64,000 nucleotides of DNA from Clostridia bacterium (GCA_017467085.1 JAFTSW010000059.1:1604-65603); one strand, 5' to 3'. Counted from the first letter of the stretch, positions 25,814 to 35,593 are shown. Program-made: numbers and translations. Notes: generated by a model from the sequence alone, not told the origin.

Positions 25814-27412
25814 TTAAGAGGGCTGGTTCTTTTTGATAAGCGACTCTATTTTTCGCTTAATTTTACTGTTTCCTCTTGCTACCCCGAACTCGGTAAAGCT
25901 AATACAGCCCTCAAAGGCATCGTTACTTATATACGCAACGCCCTTCCCGAAGAACACGGAACGAAGATTTTTACAGTCGGCAAAGGCCCCTTCGCCTATA
26001 ACGGTTACGTCGTTTGGAATAGTAACCTCCTTCAGCGTTTCGATTCCGTAGAACGCCTCTGCGCCTATCCGCTCAACTCCCTCAGGTATTATAAGGCTTT
26101 CAAGCAGAGCGCCGTTGACAAAAAAGCGCTTTAAGCTTCCAAAGGGAGCACTACCGAAAAAGTAGGAGGTCGTATCCATTTGAAACTCCGTTTGGGTATA
26201 GAGCGCCAAATCCTCTACGTACACCGTTTCTAACAGGGGGCACCCTGCAAAGGCGGTGGTGCTGGCTTTCTCTGCCCCACTAAAGTGAAGCTCCTTTAAC
26301 AGAGCCCAGCCAAAAAAGGCGTGCCCTCCCAAATAAGAAAGATGCCGCGGAATAGTGAGGCTTTCGCTACCCAGACAATCCTGGAAGGCGCAATCCCCGA
26401 TATAGGAGATATTAGGCGGCAAGGTGTCCATACGCAGATGCTGGCAGTTATAAAAGGCTCCTACCCCGATTTTCCGTATACATTTCGGCAGAGAAAGGCT
26501 ACCTAAGGAGATACAGCTTCTGAATGCGTTTTCGGGAATTTCCTCGATACCCTCCCCCTCCCAGCGCAGTTCTTCAAGTCCCGTTGCGCCATCAAAGCAG
26601 TAGGGACCTATCGAGCGAAGCTTCACGGGCAATGCAATGCCTCTTAACGCACCGCAGTCCGCAAAGGCTTTCTTTCCGATGCTCTCCAAGGACGCAGGAA
26701 GATTAATTTCCTCCAAAGCCCTGCAATAATGAAAGGCGCCTTCTTTAATGGTGTGTACGGTGTCGGGCAAAGCGACTCTCTTTAAGCCGATGCAGTTGGA
26801 AAACAGGTATTCCTCAATCACCGATACCCCGTTTGGAATATCAATGCTTTCTAATTTACTGCATCCTGCAAAAGCACCGTATCCAATCTCGGTCAAGGAA
26901 CCAGGCAAATGAACGCAACGCAGGCATAGCAGACTCTGAAAAGCGTTCTTGCCTATTGCCCTCACGCCCTCGCCGATATAAATTTCCTCGGCGTACGTAT
27001 ACGGTAGAACGGCGCTTTGGTCTACCTCTGTCACGCCCTCGATGCGGACAACCTTTTTCCTTTCCTCTTCTGTCTTTCTTTTCAAGGTGTACCGATGCGA
27101 ATCGTAGTCAAGCTCGTCCCCTTCGACAACGGAAAAGGTTTGCTTTTCTGCCTCGGCGAAATACAAAATGCCGCTTTTTTCTCCGCGGATAACGGAAATC
27201 CCAACCAGCTCCCCGTTTTCAATGACGTAGCTTTCCCGTTCAATCGATACACGGTAGGTGCTTTCAGAGGAGGAAGCAAGAACTCTGTACGGTTGGGGAG
27301 AGGAATGCCAGAAGCGCACGCATTGAAGGTAGTAGGCATCGGCAATACTGTCCCACGCCTGCCATTGCTCCTCGGAATATTGCTTGTTATTATCCATCGT
27401 GCCTGCTTTCAT
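25814..27412 (-). CDS. BspA-type leucine-rich-repeat (LRR_5) protein, no signal peptide
   Basis: Repeats of the form I(G/E)..AF..C..L..I.LP..(L/V)..I. The N-terminus MKAGTMDNNKQYSEEQWQAWD is hydrophilic. The start is ambiguous (27412 or 27397). Confidence 0.85.
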   Translation of the reverse strand: MKAGTMDNNKQYSEEQWQAWDSIADAYYLQCVRFWHSSPQPYRVLASSSESTYRVSIERESYVIENGELVGISVIRGEKSGILYFAEAEKQTFSVVEGDELDYDSHRYTLKRKTEEERKKVVRIEGVTEVDQSAVLPYTYAEEIYIGEGVRAIGKNAFQSLLCLRCVHLPGSLTEIGYGAFAGCSKLESIDIPNGVSVIEEYLFSNCIGLKRVALPDTVHTIKEGAFHYCRALEEINLPASLESIGKKAFADCGALRGIALPVKLRSIGPYCFDGATGLEELRWEGEGIEEIPENAFRSCISLGSLSLPKCIRKIGVGAFYNCQHLRMDTLPPNISYIGDCAFQDCLGSESLTIPRHLSYLGGHAFFGWALLKELHFSGAEKASTTAFAGCPLLETVYVEDLALYTQTEFQMDTTSYFFGSAPFGSLKRFFVNGALLESLIIPEGVERIGAEAFYGIETLKEVTIPNDVTVIGEGAFADCKNLRSVFFGKGVAYISNDAFEGCISFTEFGVARGNSKIKRKIESLIKKNQPS

Positions 27413-27442
27413 CCTTCCCAACCGACAAACTTTTAGTGTTTT

Positions 27443-29509
27443 TTAAGCTTCCTTCGGCGCCTCAGCAATAATCTTTTGGGCTACGTTCGCGGGAACCTCC
27501 TCATAGCGGACGAAGGTAAAGTCGAAGCGCGCGCGACCTTGGGTCATAGCACGCAGAGCCACCACGTAATCCGTCATTTCGGCGGTAGGTACTTCGGCGA
27601 TAACGACCTGCTGCCCTGCTTTATGGGCGGCTTCTATGCCGTTTACACGGCCACGGCGACGGTTGAGGTCACCCATAACGTCACCCACGTACGCATCGGG
27701 GGTATAGACACGCAGCTCACCCACAGGCTCAAGCAGCACGGGAGAGGCGTTGGGAATACCGTTCTTGTATGCCAAGGCGGCAGCCAGCTTAAAGGAAATC
27801 TCGTTACTGTCTACATCGTGATAAGAGCCGTCATACAGATTGGCAGCCAGGCGAACCAGGGGATATCCTGCCAAGACACCGTGTGCCATACAATCCTGCA
27901 AGCCCTTTTCAACAGCGGGGAAATAGTTCTTGGGTACGGAGCCGCCAACAACCGAGGTGGTAAAGGTGAGTCCCTCCTCCTCGCCGGGCTCGAATACGAT
28001 TTTAACGTGACCGTACTGACCGCTTCCGCCCGACTGCTTCTTATGCTTTCCTTCCGTGTCTACTCTCTTTCTGATGGTTTCACGGTACGGGATACGGGGC
28101 GTTTCCAGAACAACGGAGGTGCCAAAGCGATTCTTCAGCTTGGCAACGGCAATATCCAGATGGGTATCGCCCAAGCCGTACAGCACCAGCTGCTTGGTTT
28201 CGGCGTTGTTTTCAAAGCGCATAGTGGAGTCCTCCTCCAAAAGCCGCGCAATACCGCCCGAAATCTTATCCTCGTCGCCCTTTCCCGCAGGCACGACAGC
28301 CTTGGAGGCATATGCCTTGGGGTAAGTGATTTTTGCGTATTCGGCGTTGCTCTCGCCGTTGGTCAAGGTATCGTTGGTGCTGGTGGCAACCAGCTTGGAG
28401 GTCATACCGATGTCACCGCAGGCAAGCTCCTGCACCTCCTCCTGCTTCTTGCCGCGCACTACGTATATACGGGAAATCTTTTCCTGGGTGTCGCTGGTCA
28501 GGTTCCGCAGGGTGTCATCACGGCGCAAGGTACCGTTCATAACCTTAAAGAAGGACATTTTGCCCACAAAGGGGTCGGAATAGGTTTTGTATACGAAGAG
28601 GGAGGTTACGCTTCCCTCCTTATCAATGGCGATTTCGTCGCCGTCCTCGGAAAGCTCCACCTTCTTGGCGGTATGACGGGGATAGGAATCCGCAATGGTA
28701 TCAAGCAGGGTCTTAACGCCCCACATCTTGGTTGCGGCACCGCAGAACACGGGAACGATTTCACCCGAAATAATACCGTTATGGATAGCAAGCACCGAAT
28801 CCTCACGGGAAATGGGCTCACCCGCAAAGAACTGCTCCATTAATGCCTCGTCTGTCTGGGCGATGGACTCATACAGCATATTTCTGTACTTCTCCGCAAT
28901 TTCCATAAACTGCTCGGGAATAGGCAGAGATACGTAGTCACCTGTTGCGGAGTCAAAGATATAGCTTTCAAAGTCAAGCAAATCCAAGAAGCCCGTTACC
29001 TTATCCTCGTCAATCATAGGAATCTGCACGGGACAAACGGCAACACCAAAGCGCTCACGCAGGGCTTCAAATACCTTATAGAAGCGCGCCTCGGGGTCAT
29101 CAAAGCGGTTGATAAAGAAGGACTTGGGAATACCAAGCTCCTCTGCCATATCCCAGGCAAGCTCGGTGCCGACCTCAATACCTGCCTTACCGTCAACCAC
29201 GATTAAAGCGGCGTCTGCCACACGAATGGCTTGACGAACCTCGCCCTCAAAGTCGGGGTAACCGGGGGTATCCAGGACGTTGACCTTTATGTTCTGCCAA
29301 ACCAAAGGAGCGATAGAAGCGCTAATGGAAAATCCGCGACGGATTTCTTCTGCGTCATAGTCGCTGACCGTATTTCCGTCTGTCACCTTGCCGAGTCTGT
29401 CGGTTGCCTTTGCGATATACAGCATCGCTTCTGCCAGCGAGGTTTTTCCTGCGCCGCCGTGACCGAGCAAGCATACGTTTCGAATGTTTTTGGTTTCAAA
29501 CAATTCCAT
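27443..29509 (-). CDS. elongation factor G paralogue (EF-G2-like translational GTPase)
   Basis: 688 aa. G1 GHGGAGKTS, G3 DTPGYPDF, G4 variant NRFD, domain IV YHDVDSNE, and five-domain EF-G length. Confidence 0.9.
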   Translation of the reverse strand: MELFETKNIRNVCLLGHGGAGKTSLAEAMLYIAKATDRLGKVTDGNTVSDYDAEEIRRGFSISASIAPLVWQNIKVNVLDTPGYPDFEGEVRQAIRVADAALIVVDGKAGIEVGTELAWDMAEELGIPKSFFINRFDDPEARFYKVFEALRERFGVAVCPVQIPMIDEDKVTGFLDLLDFESYIFDSATGDYVSLPIPEQFMEIAEKYRNMLYESIAQTDEALMEQFFAGEPISREDSVLAIHNGIISGEIVPVFCGAATKMWGVKTLLDTIADSYPRHTAKKVELSEDGDEIAIDKEGSVTSLFVYKTYSDPFVGKMSFFKVMNGTLRRDDTLRNLTSDTQEKISRIYVVRGKKQEEVQELACGDIGMTSKLVATSTNDTLTNGESNAEYAKITYPKAYASKAVVPAGKGDEDKISGGIARLLEEDSTMRFENNAETKQLVLYGLGDTHLDIAVAKLKNRFGTSVVLETPRIPYRETIRKRVDTEGKHKKQSGGSGQYGHVKIVFEPGEEEGLTFTTSVVGGSVPKNYFPAVEKGLQDCMAHGVLAGYPLVRLAANLYDGSYHDVDSNEISFKLAAALAYKNGIPNASPVLLEPVGELRVYTPDAYVGDVMGDLNRRRGRVNGIEAAHKAGQQVVIAEVPTAEMTDYVVALRAMTQGRARFDFTFVRYEEVPANVAQKIIAEAPKEA

Positions 29510-29615
29510 TGGGTGTTCTCTCCTTATGTTTTCATTTACCGATGCATACCAATTATCTCAATCAGAAAGCGTGCCCACCAGTTTGCGAGCAACGCCATAT
29601 ACACCTGTTACACCC

Positions 29616-29644
29616 ATTATACATTGTTTTTTTGATAATTGCAA
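29616..29644 (-). promoter_or_regulatory. sigma-A promoter for the EF-G paralogue (TTGCAA-17-TATAAT on the minus strand)
   Basis: The reverse complement reads TTGCAAttatcaaaaaaacaatgTATAAT. The leader is about 105 nt. Confidence 0.5.
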
Positions 29645-29696
29645 TAGTTTTTTGTATTAAATTACCAAAAAAATTAAAAAAAATAATTTTTTTTGG

Positions 29697-30665
29697 TTAT
29701 TTTGCACATTTTCCCTGCCATAAATTTTTGCAAAATAACATTTTATCGATTTCATTCAGCACGGCAGTTTTCCGTTTGCTCCATAAGGGCGCCAGCAAAA
29801 GCGCCTCGGGGCCGTCGCCCGTCAGCCGTCCGATAACGGTATCCTGCGGCAACAGCGTCAGCTGCTCTACCACCGTTTCGATATACGCCTCTTCTGTCAT
29901 GGGCGTATATTCTCCCCTCTCATACAGCGCCGCCAAGGGAGTGCCGCGCAGCACGTGAAGAAGGTGAAGCTTCACCTCGTCCGGATGAATACGCGCCATT
30001 TCTCGGGCAGAGTGCAGCATATCCTCCTTATCCTCCCCGGGAAGCCCATTAATCAGATGAACAGCAATGCGGATTTTGTCGGACACCTCACGCAGACGGT
30101 AAAAGCCAACAAGGAAATCGCCATAGGTATGGCAACGGTTAATGCGAAGCGCCGTTTCATCCTTTACGCTTTGCAGCCCAAGCTCCACGGTCAAATCCGT
30201 TTTTTCGGCAACCTCCGCTAAAAGCGCCACCACCTCCTCCGAGAGGCAATCGGCACGGGTGGCAATATGAAGCGCCACGGAATCGGGCAAGGCAAGCGCC
30301 GCCCCGTAGACACGGCGCAAATCGGCAATAGGGGCGTAGGTATTGGTGTGCGCCTGTAAATACGGGATAAATTTAGCCCCCTGCCACTTTTTCTCTACCC
30401 TTTCTCTTTGTATTTCGAACTGCTCGGCAATCGAAAGAAGGGCGCTGGGAGCAAAGTCGCCGCTCCCCCTTGGGGAGCAGTAGATACAGCCGCCCCGTCC
30501 GCACCGCCCGTCAATATTCGGACAGGAAAAGCCTGCGTCCAAGGTAATTTTGGCGCACTTTACCCCGTAGGTGCTTTTCAGATAATAATCGTAGGTATAA
30601 TACCGCTTGTTGGAATCGGAATAAGGAAAAGGATTGCTTTCCCTTTGGGTATTCCTCCTAGCCAT
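29697..30665 (-). CDS. TIGR01212-family radical SAM protein
   Basis: YYTYDYYLKSTYGVKCAKITLDAGFSCPNIDGRCGRGGCIYCS is the family-typical N-terminus with a CxxxxxxxCxxC-type cluster site. Confidence 0.9.
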   Translation of the reverse strand: MARRNTQRESNPFPYSDSNKRYYTYDYYLKSTYGVKCAKITLDAGFSCPNIDGRCGRGGCIYCSPRGSGDFAPSALLSIAEQFEIQRERVEKKWQGAKFIPYLQAHTNTYAPIADLRRVYGAALALPDSVALHIATRADCLSEEVVALLAEVAEKTDLTVELGLQSVKDETALRINRCHTYGDFLVGFYRLREVSDKIRIAVHLINGLPGEDKEDMLHSAREMARIHPDEVKLHLLHVLRGTPLAALYERGEYTPMTEEAYIETVVEQLTLLPQDTVIGRLTGDGPEALLLAPLWSKRKTAVLNEIDKMLFCKNLWQGKCAK

Positions 30666-30734
30666 CGTATACCCCCCTTCCTTTCTGAACTGTTTATCTT
30701 AAAGAGAAGCCGCAAGGGCTTCCCTGCGGCGTTC

Positions 30735-32129
30735 TTATGCTTGTGAGGACGAATCGTCCTTTTTCTTCAAATAGGGCAAAATCTCGTAAATTGCCGAGAT
30801 GCCGATAATCTCCGCCTTGCCCTTCAAGGAGGAGCAGCGCTCCACACACCCCTTGGGCATCACGATTTTACGGAAGCCTAAGCGATACGCCTCCTTGGCG
30901 CGGTATTCCACGTGGGACACCGCCCGTACCTCGCCTGCCAGACCAAGCTCGCCAAAGGCAATCATATCGTCGGGAATGACGGCATCGGTAATGGCGGAAA
31001 TCAAGGAAATGCACACCGCCAAATCCGCGGCGGGCTCGTCCAAGCGCATACCGCCCGCAATATTGAGGTATACGTCATTCTGATAAAAGCGCAGACGCAA
31101 GCGGCGCTCCAATACGGCAATCAAGAGGCACATACGGTTGTAGTCAAACCCGTCGCAGGTGCGGCGAGGACTGGGGAATACCGTTTGCGCCACCAACGCC
31201 TGTATTTCGGTAATCAGAGGGCGGCTTCCCTCCATCACACAGCAAGCCATACTGCCGCTGACGCCCGCGGGGCGCCCCTGCATCATCACCTCGGAGGGGT
31301 TGGCGATTTCCTTTAAGCCCAAGTCACCCATTTCAAATACGCCGATTTCATTGGTAGAGCCATAGCGGTTCTTCATGGCACGGATAATGCGGTATGCCTG
31401 GCGTCTGTCACCCTCAAAATACAAGACGGCATCCACCATATGCTCCAAAATCTTGGGACCCGAAATACCGCCCTCCTTGTTGACGTGTCCAACCAGGAAA
31501 ACCGCCGTTCCCGTTTCCTTGGCGTAGCTGATAAAGGTCATCGCGCATTCACGCACCTGGGTCACGCTACCCGAAACGGAGGTAAATCTATCGCTATACA
31601 CGGTCTGGATAGAGTCCACAATCAGGACGCTGGGAGCGATACGCTTGCATTCGTCCATAATGGCGTCCGCATTGGTTTCGGTCAGAATGTACAGCTCGCC
31701 GCTATTGACTCCGAGCCTGTCCGCACGGAGCTTTATCTGCCCCTTGGACTCCTCGCCCGACACGTATAAAACACGGTGATTCTTGGAAAGCTCGTTTGAA
31801 ATCTGCAAAAGCAGGGTGGATTTACCGATACCGGGCTCACCCGACAAAAGCACAACGGACCCCAAAACCAGTCCGCCGCCCAACACTCTGTCAAGCTCCT
31901 GCATACCCGTTTCGCTTCTCATATACGAGGGCAGCGCCGCCTCGGTCAAAAGCTCCGCCTTGGCGCCCGATGAGGAACGGGGACGCTCGCTTCCCTTTTT
32001 ATCCGCTACGGGAGCCGCTTCCTCCTCCATCGTATTCCACGCCTCGCAGTCGGGGCATCTGCCCAACCATTTTTTACTTACGTATCCACATTCGCTACAA
32101 ACGAAGATGCTTTTTTCCTTCATTGTCAC
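30735..32129 (-). CDS. radA: DNA repair protein RadA/Sms
   Basis: Zinc finger FVCSECGYVSKKWLGRCPDCEAWNT, Walker A GEPGIGKST, KNRYG motif, Lon-like C-domain. Confidence 0.95.
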   Translation of the reverse strand: MTMKEKSIFVCSECGYVSKKWLGRCPDCEAWNTMEEEAAPVADKKGSERPRSSSGAKAELLTEAALPSYMRSETGMQELDRVLGGGLVLGSVVLLSGEPGIGKSTLLLQISNELSKNHRVLYVSGEESKGQIKLRADRLGVNSGELYILTETNADAIMDECKRIAPSVLIVDSIQTVYSDRFTSVSGSVTQVRECAMTFISYAKETGTAVFLVGHVNKEGGISGPKILEHMVDAVLYFEGDRRQAYRIIRAMKNRYGSTNEIGVFEMGDLGLKEIANPSEVMMQGRPAGVSGSMACCVMEGSRPLITEIQALVAQTVFPSPRRTCDGFDYNRMCLLIAVLERRLRLRFYQNDVYLNIAGGMRLDEPAADLAVCISLISAITDAVIPDDMIAFGELGLAGEVRAVSHVEYRAKEAYRLGFRKIVMPKGCVERCSSLKGKAEIIGISAIYEILPYLKKKDDSSSQA

Positions 32130-32147
32130 GCTTGCCTTTCCTTTTCT

Positions 32148-32858
32148 TTATTTCATAATAGCACAAAGCAGCAAAAAACACAATCTTTTTTGATAGCTTT
32201 CGTCCAATAAATTTTTTTCGTCCTCCTCATTGGAGAGAAATCCGCATTCCACCAGGACCGCAGGCGTCTTGACGCCGTCAAGCAAATAAAGCGACTCGTC
32301 CGCCGCCTTGGGCAGGCGCCCGTTATCCTGCTGCAGATGGGCTTTTACTATTCCTTGGATGCCCTCCGCCAAACGGCGGCTTTCCTGGTTTTGGGCGTAA
32401 TACACCTGCAAGCCCTTGTATTTGGCAACGGGAAAGGCGTTCATATGTATGCTGAGAAAAACCGCATCCGTATATTGCCGCATCAAATCCTTGCGATTTT
32501 TCAAATCGCACCTTTTCCGCATCCCATAAATATCCTCCCCCTCCTTCAAGACCAAGGAATCCTCGGTGCGGCTTTGGATAACCCGATAGCCAAAGAGGGA
32601 CAAAAGCTCACCTAAGCCGAGAGCATAGCGCAAATTCAAATCCTTCTCCAGCGTTCCACCCACTCCCTGGGTGCCGCCGTCCGTTCCGCCGTGTCCCGCG
32701 TCCAGAATCACCACAGGGGACGCCGAGGCAGAAACGGGCACCATAGCCTTAGGCAGAAAGGATTCCTGCGCCATATAGGAAATAACGGTAAAAATCAGCA
32801 AGCAGAGCGCGATGCTTTCCACGCCCCTTTTGCTAAGCATACGAAAAAAGCCTTGCAT
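32148..32858 (-). CDS. cwlD: N-acetylmuramoyl-L-alanine amidase, CwlD-like (Amidase_3 with N-terminal TM)
   Basis: LDAGHGGTDGG, SIHMNAF, ECGFLSN, plus the CwlD-type insertion (EGEDIYGMRKRCDLKNRKDLM, compare B. subtilis EGTKGYSRRKAEDLRQRVKLI). ATG 32858 lies 7 nt after GAAGGGGA. Confidence 0.7.
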   Translation of the reverse strand: MQGFFRMLSKRGVESIALCLLIFTVISYMAQESFLPKAMVPVSASASPVVILDAGHGGTDGGTQGVGGTLEKDLNLRYALGLGELLSLFGYRVIQSRTEDSLVLKEGEDIYGMRKRCDLKNRKDLMRQYTDAVFLSIHMNAFPVAKYKGLQVYYAQNQESRRLAEGIQGIVKAHLQQDNGRLPKAADESLYLLDGVKTPAVLVECGFLSNEEDEKNLLDESYQKRLCFLLLCAIMK

Positions 32859-32920
32859 ATAGTAATCCCCTTCATAAAACGGTATCATATTTTATGAAGG
32901 GGAGCTTTATAATATTTCTT

Positions 32921-33505
32921 TTAATTCTTTTTCTTTGCCTTGTGTTTGGGAATCAGGAAATAGACGTTGCGAAGCCCTAAGGAATACGCAAGGGCGGAAA
33001 CACCCATCATAGGCAAGGAGGAGAGGGTGTAGAAAACAACGCCGCTCAAGGCATAGACGAAGTCCGTATCGGGAAGCCACGTAACGATAAAGCTGAAAAT
33101 TCCTGCATACATTCCCTCAAAAAGCCCCACGACCAACCGCATAATAACGTAAAGCGTGCGCGCGGCGTCTGCCGAGGTGAAGAGATAGCCGAACAAGAAG
33201 CCGATAATCATCAGAAGCGCAATAAAGAAATTGGGAACGCTTGCCCAAAAGGAAAGCTTCCAAGGGTAGGCGCGGCTCTTTTCCTTTCTTCCCTGCTCAA
33301 TGCGAATGGCGTCCTTGGCTCCCTCCTCCCACATAACGGTGTAGATGAGATAGAGGTAAAACAGCGTAGCAAACACGCTGAAGCACAGCGAAAGGATTGT
33401 ATTCTTGCTGGAAGCCATCATTAGCACAATGCCGAACATCGTCATTCCCAGCTGGTTGACAAACAGTCGGCTAATTAGATGCAGGTTGGTTTTGAAAAAA
33501 TTCAT
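32921..33505 (-). CDS. hypothetical polytopic membrane protein
   Basis: Starts at ATG 33505 (RBS GGAGAG), 194 aa, about 5 hydrophobic segments. No recognisable motif. Confidence 0.55.
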   Translation of the reverse strand: MNFFKTNLHLISRLFVNQLGMTMFGIVLMMASSKNTILSLCFSVFATLFYLYLIYTVMWEEGAKDAIRIEQGRKEKSRAYPWKLSFWASVPNFFIALLMIIGFLFGYLFTSADAARTLYVIMRLVVGLFEGMYAGIFSFIVTWLPDTDFVYALSGVVFYTLSSLPMMGVSALAYSLGLRNVYFLIPKHKAKKKN

Positions 33506-33745
33506 ATTTCTCTCCGTTTTTTTGACAATTCTCCGCCTTCGTGGGGGAAAATGGGGATTTTTTGACAAAATATCAGTTTATCTTCTCTATTTTAATAGAA
33601 AGTTGTGTCTAAACTAATACGGAAAGTTAAATTATTCATTATTCACAGAATATTCACTTTTAGAGAGCTTGTTTTTTGTATAATAGAGGCGTGATAGATT
33701 TCCCCTCCGCAAGCGTGCGGTGGGGCAAGAAAGGACAGGGCAATT

Positions 33746-34801
33746 ATGGCTACCTTAACCTTAAAAAGCGAAGAAATGAAGCTCTTCCCCCCGTTGCTTC
33801 GTGAATTTGCTTCGTATAAATCCGTTATTGAGGGCTGCTCCGAAAAGACGGTTTGCGAGTATCTGCTGGATTTACGCACCTTCTTCCGCTATCTGGAGGC
33901 AGAGCGCCTTGGAATTGACTTGGAAAGCGAAGATTTTACCAAAATCGACATTCGCCATATCGGTGCCGCCGATATTTGCAAAATTACGGGCTCCGAGGTG
34001 CTGGCGTTTATGCTGTACGCAGGCGAAAACCGCAGCAACGGCTGGGCGGCAAAGTCCCGCAAGCTCTCTGCCTTAAAAACCTTTTTTAAGTATCTGAGAG
34101 TCAACAAGCATTTGATTGACACCGACCCCACCGCCGACATCGGCTCTCCCCGTAAGCGCTCTACCGTCCCGAAGGTTCTGACCTTGGAGGAAAGCATACA
34201 TCTTTTGGAGGTTATCAAAAACGATACGGAGTCTGCCACGGTTTTGCGGGATTATGCCATCGTCACCCTGTTTTTGAACTGCGGCATGCGTCTTTCCGAG
34301 CTTGTTGGCATCAATTTAACCGATTTGGACCAGCAGCTCCGCTCTTTGCGTGTTCTCGGTAAGGGTAACAAGGAGCGTATTGTGTATCTGAACGATGCCT
34401 GCCGCGCCGCCCTTGTGGACTACATCGTATTCCGCCAATCCCAGGACACCTCCCGTATCAAGACCACCGCCCTCTTTATCAGCTCCCGCTATCAGCGCAT
34501 CAGCAACAAGACGGTGCAATGGATGATATATAAATATATGGATATGGCAGGCTTTGCGGGACGGGGCTTTTCCGTTCACAAGCTCCGCCATACGGCGGCG
34601 ACCCTGATGTACCAGACGGGAAACGTGGACGTGCGTGTATTAAAGGATATACTCGGTCACGCCCAGCTGAACACCACCCAGATTTATACCCATATCAACG
34701 ATGAAAATATGGCACACGCCATTGATGCCAATCCCTTGGCGCACATTAAGGTAAAGAAGACCCCAAAGCCCGTTTCTGTCGAGGATGATGAGGAGGACTG
34801 A
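33746..34801 (+). CDS. tyrosine recombinase, XerC/XerD family
   Basis: Catalytic signature present: CGMRLSEL (Arg), HKLRHTAAT (H-x-x-R), LGHAQLNTTQIYTH (His/Tyr). No flanking phage or island genes. Confidence 0.85.
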   Translation: MATLTLKSEEMKLFPPLLREFASYKSVIEGCSEKTVCEYLLDLRTFFRYLEAERLGIDLESEDFTKIDIRHIGAADICKITGSEVLAFMLYAGENRSNGWAAKSRKLSALKTFFKYLRVNKHLIDTDPTADIGSPRKRSTVPKVLTLEESIHLLEVIKNDTESATVLRDYAIVTLFLNCGMRLSELVGINLTDLDQQLRSLRVLGKGNKERIVYLNDACRAALVDYIVFRQSQDTSRIKTTALFISSRYQRISNKTVQWMIYKYMDMAGFAGRGFSVHKLRHTAATLMYQTGNVDVRVLKDILGHAQLNTTQIYTHINDENMAHAIDANPLAHIKVKKTPKPVSVEDDEED

Positions 34802-34858
34802 CACCCTTCACGCCTTTTCCTTTTTTCTCATATTCTGAAAAAAGGAAGGGGGACCGCT

Positions 34859-35575
34859 ATGGGAAGCTTATATTACATAGGAAAACGAAAGCGCCATCGG
34901 GCGCGCCGCTTTTTCCTTTCGCTCTTCATCACGGTTTTCTTATTGATTTTGCTCTTTAATAAGCAGTTATATCCTCATATCAAGACGCTGACAGAAGCGG
35001 AAATCACCAACCGTATGACCGCCTGTTGCTCAGAAATCATAGGAAAAATTTTGGCAGAAGCCAACATCACCTACGAAGACCTGATTTCCATCCAAAAAAA
35101 CGCAGAGGGAGAAATAACCGCCCTTTCAGCAGATATGGCGCTCTTGAACACCCTGCGCTATAAGATTGCCCAAGGGCTTTTATCCGCCCTGCGCCAGGGG
35201 GATATTCTCTCGGTTTCCCTTCCTATATCCAACCTTTTCGGTATTCTCTTTTTATCGGGACAGGGGCGAAGCCTCTCTGTTAACGTACAGACGGCAAGCA
35301 GTATGGAGGCAGGCTTTCACGCCACCTTGAAGGAGGCAGGCATCAACCAAACGCTACATACCGTAAGCTTCACGATGAAGATGGATTTATACTATCTTTT
35401 ACCTATTAAAACTCAAAAAATGACCTTTACCCATTCCTTTTGCGCCGCTCAAACGGTGATTGTGGGAAGGGTGCCCGACAGTCTGACACAAATCAACCGA
35501 TTTGGCGAGGACGGCACACTGCTTGACGACGTTACCATCGACGATGCGGTAGACTTCGGGCATATCGTAAACTAA
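34859..35575 (+). CDS. yunB: sporulation protein YunB
   Basis: N-terminal TM, then blocks paralleling B. subtilis YunB (LPISNLFGILFLSGQGRSLSV, GINQTLH..., VIVGRVPDS). Confidence 0.8.
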   Translation: MGSLYYIGKRKRHRARRFFLSLFITVFLLILLFNKQLYPHIKTLTEAEITNRMTACCSEIIGKILAEANITYEDLISIQKNAEGEITALSADMALLNTLRYKIAQGLLSALRQGDILSVSLPISNLFGILFLSGQGRSLSVNVQTASSMEAGFHATLKEAGINQTLHTVSFTMKMDLYYLLPIKTQKMTFTHSFCAAQTVIVGRVPDSLTQINRFGEDGTLLDDVTIDDAVDFGHIVN

Positions 35576-35593
35576 AGGTCTGAAAGGAAGATT

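Noticed and set aside
26000-27000. Periodic ~70-nt repetition inside 25814-27412. Checked as a possible repeat array.
   Set aside because: The periodicity is at the protein level (LRR_5 units) within a continuous ORF. There are no identical DNA repeats or spacers.
27476-28843. 455-aa ORF antisense to the EF-G paralogue.
   Set aside because: Shadow ORF. The minus strand has the G1/G3/domain IV motifs of EF-G.
29657-29690. A/T-only palindromic tract CCAAAAAAATTAAAAAAAATAATTTTTTTTGG. Considered as a phase-variable homopolymer or an unusual repeat.
   Set aside because: It lies in a non-coding gap directly after the stop of the radical SAM gene. It is low-complexity sequence, most simply an AT-rich intrinsic terminator or spacer. 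No coding frame or promoter spacing depends on the tract length.
33746-34801. Tyrosine recombinase considered as the integrase of a mobile element.
   Set aside because: There are no flanking direct repeats, no tRNA target, and no phage, ICE or transposon genes nearby. The neighbours are sporulation and housekeeping genes. Best treated as a chromosomal Xer-type recombinase.
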